In this document: piece after piece, positions 1 through 13,900 of the stretch | Layout: each line of letters opens with the position of its first letter | Numbering within the stretch: position 1 is the stretch's first letter | Assembly (NCBI GenBank): GCA_964016885.1 | Contig: OZ024743.1 | Span: 22,630,001-22,694,000 of the forward strand | DNA from: Eledone cirrhosa | Lineage: Eukaryota | Length of the DNA: 64,000 nt | Direction of reading: 5' to 3' | Notes under the pieces: generated by a model | The model's database searches: none | The model's input: the letters and a program-made list of their open reading frames with translations, nothing else | Told to the model about the DNA's origin: nothing | Position numbers and translations under genes: made by a program

Positions 1-88
<88 letters not shown>

Positions 89-745
89 CTGTGTGTATGT
101 GTACGTGTGTACCTGTGCATGTATTTATATGTCTGCATGTATATGTATATATATATATGTGTGTGTGTGCATATACATGCAGACATATAAATACATGCAC
201 AGGTACACACACATATGTATACATATACAGGCATATGTGTATGTATGTGTGCGTGGGTGTAAGTAGATTTATGTATTTTTTTTGTTTCTTCTTTTGGACG
301 ACTAATAGTAACAATGGAAATGTTATACGTTTATTTAGTAATGCCTTTGCTGGGAGATAGCCTAACTTGCCTTCTTGTATCCTCCTAATCAAATTTTTAC
401 TAATAATAAGTAGACATGGCTGATAGGTTATCTGAAAATCCAGCAGATTTCTTTATAAAACTCTGTAGCAGTCTCGAGAAGAAGCTGGTTGTTGAAATTC
501 TGAATCTATTAATACTGAAAAAATTGTTCACAGTTGGTTATAGTCTCTTATAGCAGCTCTCAATCAGTCATTGATAACACCTGGACTGAAAGAGGTCGGC
601 GCCTCATTATCATCTGATATACTGCTAACTACTATTTATGACAACCCACACTAAATAATAAGCTATATTGTTTTACACACGTATGTATGTATGTATGTAT
701 GTATGTATGTATGTATGTATGTATGTATGTATGTATGTATGTATG

Positions 746-2176
746 TTCTTCTGGTTTTATACTTTCAGAAATGTTTGCCAATAGAGAGAGAGTCGGTTTC
801 CAACATAGACAGAAGACTCTCTCGTTGGAATTTACACAACATCAACTAGATAGATATGTATGCATGTCTGCATGCATGCATATGTGTTAGGTATGGATGT
901 TATTGTATGTGTGGATGTGTATGTTTTGAGTTGTATGTGTGCATATGCATACGGTTTGTATCTGTACATGTGTATATGCAGTTATTAGATGCAACATTTT
1001 TGGAATGTTTAACATATTTTTACTGTTCCATTAATGGATTGTACTTGTAATTTCCTAACTAGTTGTGTTCTTTCTGTTTCTGTGAAGCCTAGCTTCTCAA
1101 GATTTGTATTGAGGCAGTTACTAACATATCCCAGTTCCTCAATAATCACAGGCATAAATCTGAAGGTATTGTCAGTGTCGAGTATCTGCAGATTTCTCAT
1201 TAGTTCTGTATAAATATTCTCCTTTTCACTAATCCTTGATATTATATTGGCATCTGCTGGGCAGTTAATTTCCACTACTGTGCATGCTTTCTTCACCCTG
1301 TCCCATATCATTATATCTGGTCTGTTATGCCTGCACTCTGTTGGGGTTTTTACTGGAACATTCCACCAGTACTCTTTCATATTATGTATATGTATGTCTT
1401 CCATATTGCTGTAGCTTTGAATGTGTTTGTCATCGCGGCTATCTTTTTTACGAACTGCATTGTACAGTGTTTTGGCCACTATATCATGCCTCATAGGTAG
1501 ATAGTATCGTGATGACATCTTTGGACAGCTGCTTATGACATGGGTGACATCTTCGATGTTAATTCTGAAGAGTCTGCACTTGTCATATCTAGGTGTTTTG
1601 CCTGCATCCCTATCTCTTTTGTGAATCAGGTATTTCGTGTTGATTTCCTGTTCTTGGATTGCAAAATCGTATCCTTCGAAGTGGGAGCCAATATAACGGT
1701 TGTTGGTCCAAGATAGACTACTTTCTTTATCTATATTACTCTCACTCTGGAGCTTCCTGGCAACATATCCATGCATGATCTTTTGCCGATAAGCAAGCAG
1801 CTTTTCATCCATGGATTCACTGCGGTACTGCTGAACAACTTCCCTGTGTGTGAGTCTTTGATTATCACACTGGGAATATCTTTCAAGGAGTTCCTTCATG
1901 CATATAGACTTACTCGAGAGACGGGCTCCTACGCTTCGAGGTTCGTAGATATTGTCGGACTGATGTTAGGCCCCTGCCTCCCTGCTTACGTTTCAAGTAG
2001 AGGCGGTCTATGACACTGTTGATGTGGAAGTTTCCGGTGTTGTTTAGTATTTTTCGACTCCTAACATCAACTGCTCGGATTTCGTCTATCGTCCAATTAA
2101 GTATTGCAAACGTTGGTGTTAGGACAGGCACAGCAAACGCATTGTGAGCCACTGCAGAGAGTTCCGATGACCATAT
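746..2176 (-). mobile_element. 5'-truncated R4/Dong-like RLE non-LTR retrotransposon, family A copy 1
   Basis: ORFs 1910-2152 and 1009-1899 give the RT thumb (IDRLYLKRKQGGRGL), a CCHC-like knuckle (CRLF...HVISSC), RHD and the PD-(D/E)xK nuclease (HNRPD...VVEINCP). Frameshifted with a premature stop. (TATG)n on both sides. Confidence 0.9.
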
Positions 2177-2273
2177 GTATGTATGTGTTTATGTATGTAT
2201 GTATGTATGTATGTATGTATGTATGTATGTATGTATGTATGTATGTATGTATGTATGTATGTATTTATGTATG

Positions 2274-2794
2274 TTCTTCTGGTTTTATAATTTCACAAAG
2301 TTTTACCAATAGAGAGAGAGTCGGTTTCTAACATACACACAAGACTCTCTCATTGGAATTTACACAACATAAACTAGGTAGATATGTATGCATGCATGTG
2401 TAGATATGGATGTTATTGTATGTGTGGATGTGTATGTTTTGAATTGTATGTGTGCATGTGTATATGCTTTGTATCTGTACATGTGTATATGCAGTTATTA
2501 GATGCAAAATGTTTGGAATGTTTTACATATTTTTACTGTTCCATTAATGGATTGTACTTGTAGTTTCCTAACTAGTTGTGTTCTTTCTGTTCCTGTGAAG
2601 CCTAGCTTCTCAAAATTTGTATTGAGGCAGTTACTAACATATCCCAGTGCCCCAACAATCACAGGCATACATCTGAAGGTGTAATCAGGGTGGAGTATCT
2701 GCAGATTTCTCATCAGTTCTGCATAAATATTCTCCTTTTCACTAATCTTTGATATTATATTGGCATCTGCTGGGCAGTTAATTTCTACTACTGT
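2274..2794 (-). mobile_element. Short 3' fragment of RLE LINE family A, copy 2
   Basis: Near-identical to 746-1280 (VVEINCPADAN...KICKTFQTFCI* plus 3'UTR); flanked by (TATG)n. Confidence 0.9.
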
Positions 2795-2935
2795 GTATGT
2801 ATGTATGTATGTATGTATGTATGTATGTATGTATGTATGTATGTATGTATGTATGTATGTATGTATGTATGTATGTACGTATGTATGCATGCATGCCTGT
2901 ATGAATATATGCATGTATGTATGCATGTATATATG

Positions 2936-4280
2936 AATTTATCTCTTTCTCTTAATTTCGAATATATTTTTTTGACCGGCCACCTTCCTGGTGGCAAGGT
3001 TATAAAAGAAAAGAAATTGTCATCCCTTGAATCGCAAGAATGTTTTGCAAATTTTGAAGGTGCCAGCTATCGCAGCCATTTGTAGACTATGAATTAGGGA
3101 GCTGCGCTTTTTATCCGCAAATCCAAGTTCAGTCATACTTTGGTCCAAGCCGGTTGGTATATAACCCGTAGCTCCAATAATGATGGGTATGAAGCTAAAA
3201 GTGTATCTTGGACACTGGATTTGTAAACTCCTCATCAATGGTCCGTAGATGTCCTCCTTCTCCTGTATTTTTCTGAAAATGTTTACTTCAAGTGGGCAGC
3301 TGATCTCCACAACAGAACACGTTTTCAATGTGTGGTCCCAAACAACAATATCAGGCCGGTTGTGCTTTAATTTGGTGGTAGTTTTTATTTTCAGGTTCCA
3401 CCAGTATTTCTTAGTGCCATCTATCTCAATATATTCTTCCTCGTTTGTTGTTAATTTTGTTTTCCGAAATACGTTCCAGATGGTTCTAGCTATCCCATCG
3501 TGTCTCATGGGGAGGTAGTAGCGAGATGACATTCTTTCGCAGCTGGCAACAATGTGGCTTACATCCTCGATCTTTGTTTTACATAGCCTACATTTATTGT
3601 CAGCTGCTGGCCCTCCTCTTTTGTGCAGCAGATATTTGGTAGGGAGTTCTTGTTCCTGTATTGCATAGAGATATCCCTCAAGGTGTGATGTCATAAACTT
3701 GTCGGAACTCCATGCCAGGCTTTTTGAGTGGTTTATCCCCTCTATGGTCTGTGTTTTAGGTCTCAAGTATCCATGCTCAACTTTTTCTGTTAATTGGTCA
3801 ATTTTTTCATCTTGTTTGAACATTGAATAGGATCTTCCGATTTCTCTGGGTGAGAGATTTATATCAGACTTTATTCCATCTCTCTCCTCCAGATCAGTCG
3901 CTATTCTAATGATATTTTTTTTTTCATGCTCATAAACCTGGGCAAGATGGTTGCCAACCTTTTTCCTCCGTTGAAGGTGTTGCTTCAGTGTTACTATCCG
4001 GATCTCATATGTTGTTAATATGGATATTAGACCCCGGCCACCTTCCTTACGTGAGAAGCATAGCCTATCCACATCACCATTGATGTTAAAGTTCCCAGTA
4101 ACACTGAGAAGTTTGCGAGTTCTAACATCCATCTCACTTAGTTCTTGCAATGACCAGTTCAGCAGGCCAAATGTTGGCGTTAGAATTGGCACAGCATAAG
4201 TATTGTGGGCAATGTATTTGTTGTACGCTGACAGTTCTGATGACCATATTTTCTTTACTCTTCTGAGGTATTCAGTTCTG
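2936..4280 (-). mobile_element. 5'-truncated R4/Dong-like RLE LINE, family B copy 1
   Basis: ORF 3020-4192: EGGRGL, CRLC...HIVASC, RHD, HNRPD...VVEISCP. Near-identical to 10979-12316. (TATG)n on both sides. Confidence 0.92.
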
Positions 4281-4924
4281 TATGTATGTATGTATGTATG
4301 TTTGTATGTATGTATGTATGTATGTTTGTATTTATTTATGTATGTATTTATGTATGTATATATGTATTACGAATGCATGTATGTATGTGTGTTTACTGGT
4401 GTTCAAGTGTGTGTAGTTGAATGGAAACACGTGCTGTATAAGATTTATATAAAGGACAGCAACGTGCTTAAGTGTCAGTATTATGCATCTATAGAATCGT
4501 CAACTGCTATTTATCAAGATAAAAGTATAAGATGTAAACCAAATAAATAAGTTGTTGGTAGTGTTCTAGATGCAAGCATAACCTCCTATCTAATTTCTGA
4601 AATGTTTCACTGCAATCTATCATAAATTATACGATATATTTTTATTTGTATTTTTCTCATGTTTATATTGGAATATTTCTATCAATTATTGATTATATAT
4701 TTTCTTTTTTGCCTTCCCTTTCTGATACAAATAAAAATAATAATAAATCTACAAAAGCATTTGAAACACCAATAATATTTTTCATATATAAAGAATATAA
4801 ATCCTCCTGCACCCCCAGGCTGCATAAGACTTTTACGAATCCACTCTTAACAGTTTTCGTTAATCTTTTGGTGTTTTATAGGCAATATTTTATTTTATAT
4901 TAGGCTCGATGATGCCAGCGTATT

Positions 4925-5070
4925 TCAGACCTGCCAATCTCTAAAAACCCAAACGGGGAGTACCATGAAAAAAAGTGGAGAAATGGGGAAAAATGGGGAG
5001 ATTACATAATGAATGCTATACCTATTTTCACAAGAGAAGACATTTCTCACCCACCCAAAAGTGGGTAGAA
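4925..5070 (+). repeat. Interspersed repeat, probable DNA-transposon end (second copy about 54632-54770)
   Basis: CAGACCTGCCAATCTCTAAAAACCCAAACGGGGA...CACAAGAGAAGACATTTC recurs at 54.6-54.8 kb. Confidence 0.5.
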
Positions 5071-5312
5071 GATCAGGTCTGATATTTATGGGATTTTACT
5101 AAGATGGAGAAATTGAATTCAGAACAGAAAGAACCGGAATAGATATTGTAAGGCATCTCATCCGATGCTCTAATAATTCCGCTAAGGAATTAGTACTTAA
5201 TCGACCAGGGGGGATGAAAGGTATGGGGCTTAGAACGCAGAGATCCTGGACAAATACTAAAAGACAGTCTACCCAATGCGTTCATGACTCTTTCAATTCG
5301 TTATTATCACAC

Positions 5313-5497
5313 GGATTGGCAGTATCGGTAGAGGGTCGGACGCCATGTTTTGACGCATAGAGTTACGGCCATTGCCATTCTGAGTTCAAATCCCGCCAAG
5401 GTTAACTTTGCCTTTCATCCTTACGGGGTCGATAAAATAAAGTACCAGTAATACACTGGGTAATTGCTGGCCTTGTGCCAAAAGTAGAAACAATTAT
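5313..5497 (+). mobile_element. tRNA-derived SINE (major family in window)
   Basis: A-box-like TGGCAGTATCGG, B-box GAGTTCAAATCC, central CTTTGCCTTTCATCCTTACGGGGTCGATAAAATAAAGTACCAG, 3' TAGAAACAATT. Many copies in the window. Confidence 0.85.
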
Positions 5498-5851
5498 CAC
5501 ACAAACAAATAATATTCTAACTAAAAGACAAATGTTAAAAACAGTCAGGAAATAATCTTTGTTAAGATACGTAGCCCTCGTTTTCGTGTACAATTCTGCA
5601 AGTGTCATAAACAACTTCTATCAGGTTGGAATGTCGGAACCGTCATCCACTTTGGAGTAGAGATTGATGAGTAGCTAATGTCTTGAATTAAGTGAATTTT
5701 GAACTACTTCTTCATTGAGAATTGCAGTGAATTGCAGCTGCATCGTGATGTTCCCAAACCGAATAGTTTAGCCTGCACAAGCTGTCACGAACAGGTGGTC
5801 ACATTTTGGAATGTCTCCTATGGTCAATCGAGGTTTAAAACATCTCTCGAA

Positions 5852-5852
<1 letters not shown>

Positions 5853-5882
<30 letters not shown>

Positions 5883-6018
5883 CTTCTTCTTCTTCTTCTT
5901 CTTCTTCTTCTTCTTCTTCTTCTTCTTCTTCTTCTTCTTCTTCTTCTTCTTCTTCTTCTTCTTCTTCTTCTTCTTCTTCTTCTTCTTCTTCTTCTTCTTC
6001 TTCTTCTTCTTCTTCTTC
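5853..6018. repeat. (TTC)n microsatellite
   Basis: Pure TTC run. Confidence 0.98.
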
Positions 6019-6652
6019 ACAATAGCACTATTAGCAGTAGTAAGAAATCCTTTTAGGAATGGAGAAAATTATGTAACAATATCCTATCCTATGCATAAGA
6101 TTTCTTGTGTTTTATATATATATATATATATACACACACTTATTGTTATAGACGAGACTACAAAAACAACTTTCTTGAAATAGATAAAATAATTATACTC
6201 TAGAGACATTATATATATTGTCGTTCTTTACCTGACAAGGTCACATGACGAAGCTTGTGCTGCGGAGTGTTTAACAAATACGTAGAGACAAATACATAAT
6301 TGAGGTGATACATATCTGCACACACATACAAACATACACAAATATATGTGCTTGTGCATATATATATATGTGTATATATATAGAGAGAGAGGGGGTGTAT
6401 CGAGACCGAGAAAGAGGGCGGGTGAGAGAGAGAGAGGAGAGAGAGAGAGGGGGGAGAGAGATGCAAATGTTTTTTTAAAATACTTTTGAAGTTTCTGACT
6501 TGCTCAAGGATATATTACTGAGCTGCTTTCCATGTTTTTAAATAGGTTACAAGCGCATGGTTGAATAAAATTGCGTCAACTCAAACGTCATGTCTTTTCC
6601 TTCATGATGGAACATTGCCACTACCACGATTTGCTGAAACTAAGCAACCTAC

Positions 6653-6745
6653 CTCTGCTACTTTATATTCCAGTTCTTCAGCCTGTTCCTTGTATTTCTT
6701 ACAGTTGACTGAAAACTTCTCCATATTCTCTCTGTAATTGTTCAT
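6653..6745 (-). CDS. Coiled-coil gene, exon 6 of 6 seen (MNNYRENMEKFSVNCKKYKEQAEELEYKVAE)
   Basis: ttgcAG acceptor, GTaggt donor, 93 nt, phase 0/0, in frame with the previous exon. Confidence 0.85.
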
Positions 6746-8059
6746 CTGCAATGCCAAAGATAGAAACCAAAGTTAGGTGTGGTTATGTTTAAGATAAGTC
6801 AGTCAGCTAAATGTTAAACACAATAAACTAACGTACATATGCATTACATCATCTAATACAAAGATTTAACAGAGCTGTAGCAATAATTTTTTCAACATTC
6901 GATATGATTATGATGGTGCTGGTGGTGCTTGATTCATTTCAGCATCTTGCGAGTGTTACGAGTTGCTGACTAACACTATTGTATCACGATGTGTCTAGTA
7001 AACTTTTCACATTCTTTTAAATGAGTAATTTCATTTATTGCTTTTTTTTTGTTGTAATTTTGGGCCAATGTTGCAGCACTATTTTTTCTTTCGTCGGCAA
7101 TGCAAAGGAAATTAATCCCACTCCATACTAATTACTGTTTCGTTGATACGAATTTAGTTCATTAACACTTTCAAAACCTTAGAGAAAGAAATGGACATCG
7201 AACACTTTTATCTCATTCACAGGTAAATGTGGGGCGTTGTGCATGAAAATGAAATCAGTTAATGAGGGTGAAGATAAGTAAAATAAAAGAGTCACTTTCA
7301 ATGTTTATCACAATACTAAGAGTTAAACATTATAGAGAATAATTGGCAATATCAACTACAACGTTCTCACCCAACTTTATGATACAATACCAACCCTAAT
7401 TAATGTATTTTCATTTCAACAAAGCTAACGAAATTAACAAACATTTCTTGAAAATCTGCCACTAAAGCCTATACATTCGTTATATGGTTTGGGGAAGCTG
7501 GACAGAATCGCAAAAAAAAAAAAAAAAAAAAATATGCTCCTTTTATCTAGGCTAAAATTTTGACCGCTTCTTCCACCAGATACCCAGAAAGTAAAATGGA
7601 AATCTAGCAAATCAAACCCATACGCCCAATACACGATGGGTATGAAGAAATCCCTACACTTACAAACATCTATAACTATTCGCACAAATATTGTCAAATA
7701 CCAGAATTTTCCACTGTATTTCCTAACATCTATAAACCCTCGTACAAGCACTGTCAAATACACAAAATGTGCCACTGTATTCACCAACGCCCATAACTAT
7801 TCGAACAAACACTGTCAGATACTATCAAATTGTAATGATATGGAATCACACAGAATCCTCTGATGCTGGATAACACAGTGTCATCATATTCCTATGAAGC
7901 ATCACACAAAACATCATAATTCTATGCTTTACAACTCTAAGAAGCCTAATTCTTGAGATCATTAATCCATACACATCCCTCGCTAAAACACAAGACGGAT
8001 TCTAACCCTGACATGTAACCCCTATATTGCTCACGAACGTAACCTCCCATACTTATTAT

Positions 8060-8270
8060 CTAAGTACCATCGACCGCATGAAAGTTTTTGACTCCATTTT
8101 TTGCCATCCATTTATACACAAATTCCTTAACATTGCTTTGTTATGTTGGCTAGCAAACTCTGTGAGATCACCAAACCTGCATAGTGTGTATGAATTATAC
8201 TTAAAGAGCCTGCACCATACCGAATAGAGTACCACAGGGATCCGTTCACTGACCCACTCCTTTGAACTTA
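8060..8270 (+). pseudogene. Highly decayed LINE (CR1/L2-like) RT fragment
   Basis: IDRMKVFDSI resembles DFxKAFDSI and RVPQGSV resembles GVPQGSV, in the expected order. Confidence 0.45.
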
Positions 8271-8578
8271 CGCCTAGGAATTTCTCTTGCTTTCAGTTAA
8301 AAATTCAGCATGTGACGGCTGGAAAAAAGATGGCTGCACTCACACTGGGCTGGTACTTTCTTTATCGATCTCGAAATGATGAAAGACAAAGCGGGATTCG
8401 GCGAGATTTGAGCATAGACAGCCGTGACAAATATTCAACGCTCTAATGACTCTAACGAATTGATAGAAAAGTAGCAACATTTATGCAGTACGAGCAGATT
8501 AGGAAAATTTCATAGTAGCTATAAGAGATTTCCTCGACAATGCTAGCGTATTTTAGGAAGTAATCAAATTCTATTTAC

Positions 8579-8662
8579 CTTGTATTCATATTCTTCTGAT
8601 TGTAGTTTGAATTTGGCACAGTCAATTTCTAGAGATTTTATTAATGATTTGTATGTGGTGAG
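8579..8662 (-). CDS. Coiled-coil gene, exon 5 (LTTYKSLIKSLEIDCAKFKLQSEEYEYK)
   Basis: tttcAG acceptor, GTaaat donor, 84 nt, phase 0/0. Confidence 0.85.
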
Positions 8663-8837
8663 CTGAAATAAATTAGCAATATTAATTTTAAAAGTTTGGA
8701 AATAAGACGATTAATGTTGTTTGTTAAAAAGAATTCTTTATGTAAAAGTTATTCCTGATACAAAAAATTGCGTTCTTTTTCTTTTTCTCTTTCTTTAGCT
8801 CCGAGAAAGATCTGAAGGAAAAGACCTCAGTCGTGAA

Positions 8838-9435
8838 TCATACCGTATGTATATCATACTGTTTGTATATCATACCGTATGTATATCATACTGTTTGTAT
8901 ATCATACCGTATGTATATCATACCGTATGTATATCATACCGTATGTATATCATACCGTATGTATATCATACTGTTTGTATATCATACCGTATGTATATCA
9001 TACTGTTTGTATATCATACCGTATGTATATCATACCGTATGTATATCATACCGTATGTATATCATACTGTTTGTATATCATACCGTATGTATATCATACT
9101 GTTTGTATATCATATCGTATGTATATCATACCGTATGTATATCATACCGTATGTATATCATACTGTTTGTATATAATACCGTATGTATATCATACCGTAT
9201 GTATATCATACTGTTTGTATATCATACCGTATGTATATCATACCGTATGTATATCATACTGTATGTATATCATACCATATGTATATCATACCGTATGTAT
9301 ATCATACTGTATGTATATCATACTGTATGTATATCATACCGTATGTATATCATACCGTATGTATATCATACCGTATGTATATCATACTGTTTGTATATCA
9401 TACCGTATGTAAATCATACCGTATGTATATCATAC
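8838..9435. repeat. 16-bp minisatellite (ATCATACCGTATGTAT / ATCATACTGTTTGTAT), about 37 units
   Basis: Head-to-tail units of two interspersed variants. Confidence 0.95.
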
Positions 9436-9750
9436 AGTGTATCTAGAACTATGTTACTCAATGTCTTATTCTTTTGATAAGAAGGCAGAGTATGATTTCA
9501 GGGAAATTTCGCTGCTAATTCTAGCAGAACAGGTGACAACGTTTCGCCTGGCTTTTAGTGATATACATTAGCTAGGTACCATTTATATTGTTATGCTATT
9601 TTCATCGAAAATTCAAGCAGCTAAACCCATCTATGAAAGAAAATAAAGTATATACATCTGTACACGTGCAAGGCACGGTTATACACACACACGTACATAC
9701 ATACATACATACATACATACATACATACACACATACACACATACACAAAC

Positions 9751-9829
<79 letters not shown>

Positions 9830-9912
9830 ATATATATCACGAGCACACACATTTATATGCTGGTATGCATTTTAGTTTCAGCATGTGTAAAGTGGTTTTA
9901 TGAATACTTTAC

Positions 9913-10005
9913 CTCCTCTTGAAGTTTCTTTATCATGGATTCATGGTTTTCTCGATGTATATTAATAGAACCCTGACTAATTTCACCGGTTTTACTAGTC
10001 GTCAT
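9913..10005 (-). CDS. Coiled-coil gene, exon 4 (MTTSKTGEISQGSINIHRENHESMIKKLQEE)
   Basis: ttccAG acceptor, GTaaag donor, 93 nt, phase 0/0. Confidence 0.85.
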
Positions 10006-10344
10006 CTGGAATAATTTGGGTTTAAAATCAATTCAATGATACAAGAAAGCATTAATAATAAATCAAAATATATGTAAGTACGTACAAATATAGTGACAGT
10101 AAGTGAGACAAATACATGCTTATTGAAATAGAATCCTGCTCACAAAATAAACAGATACATTTATATATGTAAGGATTCCTGCAAAAACACATTGAGTCAC
10201 ATAAAAATGTACTGAAACATATACGGTACTGAGATTAACAAACAACATGTATGTATGTATGTATGCATGCATGGACGCATGTATGTATGTATGTATGTAT
10301 GTATGCATGCATGCACGTATGCATGTATGTATTCATCGCTCTCG

Positions 10345-10790
10345 AGTGCTACTGGTAACATGTAACCCAGTACAAACTCTCTCATGTTCGGGTCGTCGGC
10401 GACTAAACCGGCAACCCCACCAAGCTTGCTTGGTGAGGAGGGTGATATTTGGACTCCATGCGGGATGGAATATAAGACCCGCAAAGGGCGGAGGAACTCA
10501 GCAGAGTCAACGGCCACCCAAATAGTAAGATTTTTTTTGTTTTGTTTTTTTCCAACTAGGAGTGAAAGGACTCCAGTTGTTGTCACAACACCGTTCTAAG
10601 GGAGGGAAACCCTGAAAAAAAAACTCCGCGGCTTCTGAAGCATCCGAGGATGTTGACCAGTTCTCCTTTTCGGGTAGTGTTTTCAATGCTCAGAGAGTGG
10701 GATTGGTCGAGAGCAAGGTCTTTCTCCGCTTAAAAACATTCAAAGCACAGGCATTGCTTGTTCAGGATCTGTTACAGATTTGTGTGGCTG
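10345..10790 (+). mobile_element. Diverged RTE-type 5'UTR fragment related to element X
   Basis: Collinear with 15968-16370 (GTGCTACTGGTAACATG...GGGTCG.GGCGACTAAA...GCACAGGCATTGCTT); preceded by (TATG)n. Confidence 0.7.
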
Positions 10791-10978
10791 GCCGTAGCTT
10801 AAAAGTGCACCAAACTCTATAATCTGACAAGCGATTATTCGTAAAATCAGTTATCCATTATTCAATATACACTTTGCATATTTGCACATATGGCGAAAAT
10901 AATTTTAAAAATACATGTATTCACATAAACAGTTTGATGCGAAACTATTTTTCGGAGAACTGTATGTATGTATGTATG

Positions 10979-13900
10979 AATTATTCTCTTAATTTCGAGT
11001 ATATTTTTTTGGCCGGCCACCTTCCTGGTGGCAAGGTTGTAAAAGTAAAGAAATTGTCATCCTTTGAATCGCAAGAATGTTTTGCAAATTTTGAAGGTGC
11101 CAGCTATCGCAGCCATTTGTAGACTATGAATTAGCGAGCTGCGCTCTTTGTCCGCAAATCCAAGTTCAGTCATACTTTGGTCCAAGCCGGTTGGTATATA
11201 ACCCGTAGCTCCAATAATGATGGGTATGAAGCTAAAGGTGTATCTTGGATACTGGATTTTAAACTCCTCATCAATGGTCCATTGATGTCCTCCTTCTCCT
11301 GTATTTTTCTGACAATGTTTACATTAAGTGGGCAGCTGATCTCCACAACAGAACACGTTTTCAATGTGTGGTCCCAAACAACAATATCAGGCCAGTTGTG
11401 CTTTAATTTGGTGGCAGTTTTTATTTTCAGGTTCCACCAGTATTCCTTAGTGCCATCCATCTCAATATATTCTTCCTCGTTTGTTGTTAATTTTGTTTTC
11501 CGAAGTGCATTCCAGATGGTTCTAGCTATCCCATCGTGTCTCGTGGTAGTAGCGAGATGACATTCTTTCGCAGCTGGCAACAATGTGGCTTACATCCTCG
11601 ATCTTTGTTTTACATAGCCTACATTTATTGTCAGCTGATGGCCCCCCCCCCTTTTGTGCAGCATATATTTGGTAGGGAGTTCTTGTTCCTGTATTGCATA
11701 GAGATATCCCTTAAGGTGTGATGTCATAAACTTGTCGGAACTCCATGCCAGGCTTTTTGAGTGGTTTATTCTCTCTATGGTCTGTGTTTTACGTCTCAAG
11801 TATCCATGCACAACTTTTTCTGTAAATTGGTCAATATTTTCATCTTGTTTGAAAATTGAATAGGATCTTCCGATTTCTCTGGGTGAGAGATTTATATCAG
11901 ACTTTATTCCATATCTCTCCTCCAGATCAGTGGCTATTCTAATGATATTTTTTTCATGTTCATAAACCTGGGCAAGATGTTTGCCAACCTTTTTCCTCCG
12001 TTGAAGATGTTGCTTCAGTGTTACTATCCGGATCTCATATGACGTTAATATGGATTTTAGACCCCGGCCACCTTCCTTGCGTGAGAAGTATAGCCTATCC
12101 ACATCACCATTGATGTTAAAGTTCCCAGTAACACTGAGAAGTTTGCGAGTTCTAACATCCATCTCACTTAGTTCTTGCAATGACCAGTTCAGCAGGCCAA
12201 ATGTTGGCGTTAGAATTGGCACAGCATAAGTATTGTGGGCAATGTATTTGTTGTACGCTTGGTTGTACAGTTCTGATGACCATATTTTCTTTACTCTTCT
12301 GAGGTATTCAGTTCTGGTTCTCTCCTTATTTATGGGTCCATCATATCTGACATTCTCATCCTGTCCAAGATATCTGTAGTTGTCACCTGACTGTAGATTG
12401 TCAGGCCGTTCATATCTAGATTTCTAGAGGAGGGCACAGCTCTTCACGTTTTACTGCCAAATATGCACACTTGGACTCACCAAATTTCATTTTGATGTCT
12501 GTTGAAAATTGTGTAAGGAGGTCCAATTGTTTCTTGATATCATTGATATTTTGCCCATACAACTTCAGGTCATCAACAAAGAAAAGATGGGAGATATTTC
12601 TGGACCCACCTTTTTGTCCACCTTGTTTCCTGAGTAGGTAAGATAGTGGATTTAGTGAGAGAACGAAGAGTAGCACTGACAAGCTATCACCCTGAAAGAT
12701 GTCCTTCTGGTAATGTATCTTATCAGTATTAACTTGCTCCTTCTCACCTCTCAGGATCAAATTGGTGTACCAGTTCTTGGTCAGACGTTCAACAGCAGCT
12801 ACCAGTGGTTGTGGGACTTTGGCTAACTGTAAAGCCTTAACAATCCACCCATGAGGTACACTATCAAATGCTTTTTGATAGTCCAGCCACACCGCAGTCA
12901 TGTTTCTGCGATTCTTTGTTGTTTTTTCTTAAATCATTTTATTAGTTAGTAGGTGATCTATGCAACCCCACACCCCTTCTTTCCACCAGCTTGCTCAGGT
13001 GTTATGATGTTGTTGGTAGCACAGTGATCCTGTAAGAACAGGTTAAGGCACCCAGTATATAATTTATACATGATGTTTTGGCAGGCTATTGGGCGGTAAT
13101 TTTTAGCAAGGGTGGTTTGGCTATTTTGGGGAATGAGGAGAGTAGTGGCAGTTGATAACCATCTGGGTAGTTCTTGTGTGCCTTTAATGGTTTCCGTAAA
13201 CAGCCGTACGATATCTTGTCAATAGAAAGTGAAATTCTTCAACCAGAATCCTGTAATGAGGTCTGGGGCCTGGTGATTTCCTATTCGACATTTTCTGTAG
13301 AGCTGTTTCCAGTATTGACCCATCTATGTCATATTGTTTTGTCTGGACATGTTGGCAGTAGTCCTGTTCCAGTTCTTTTAGCCAATTAGTTTGTCTGTTG
13401 AATCCGTCATCCATTTCCCATACTGATCTCCAGTAGCTTTCAACCTGTTCTTTTGAAGGGGTGTCATTTACAGGGATTGAGCTTTTGCCACCGAAGCTGC
13501 GATAAACTTATTTAGGATCTCTGGCAAACAATCTATTTAGCACTTGTCGTTTATGTGCTGTTGACTTATATTTTAGTCTTTCTGTTGTAGCTGTGAGTTG
13601 TTGTTTCAACTGGTGTAATTTGGAGTTTAAAATTTTAAATTTTGTATCTCCAAATCGTCTCTCTAACTTTTTTTTAGGACTTCCTGGTGTCGTGTGAAGT
13701 TGCTCTCTATGTTGCATTTCATAACGACTGCGATGTGTGAGATACTTCGTCTCGTCTCAGGGACAAAATTTTGCTTTTTAAATTTCGCATCCACGCTGGT
13801 TCAGGCTTTTTGTTTGCGTGGTTTTAGATATTTGTTATATGATAGCAATGTGACAGCTGAAACATATAACAAAATGTTAAGCGTTTCAAATGTCGTTCTA

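Noticed and set aside
5678-5740. Possible terminal exon of the coiled-coil gene (LQFTAILNEEVVQNSLNSRH*)
   Set aside because: Weak acceptor without a pyrimidine tract; cannot be supported.
8838-9435. CRISPR-like array
   Set aside because: No unique spacers and no cas genes; it is a simple tandem repeat in eukaryotic DNA.
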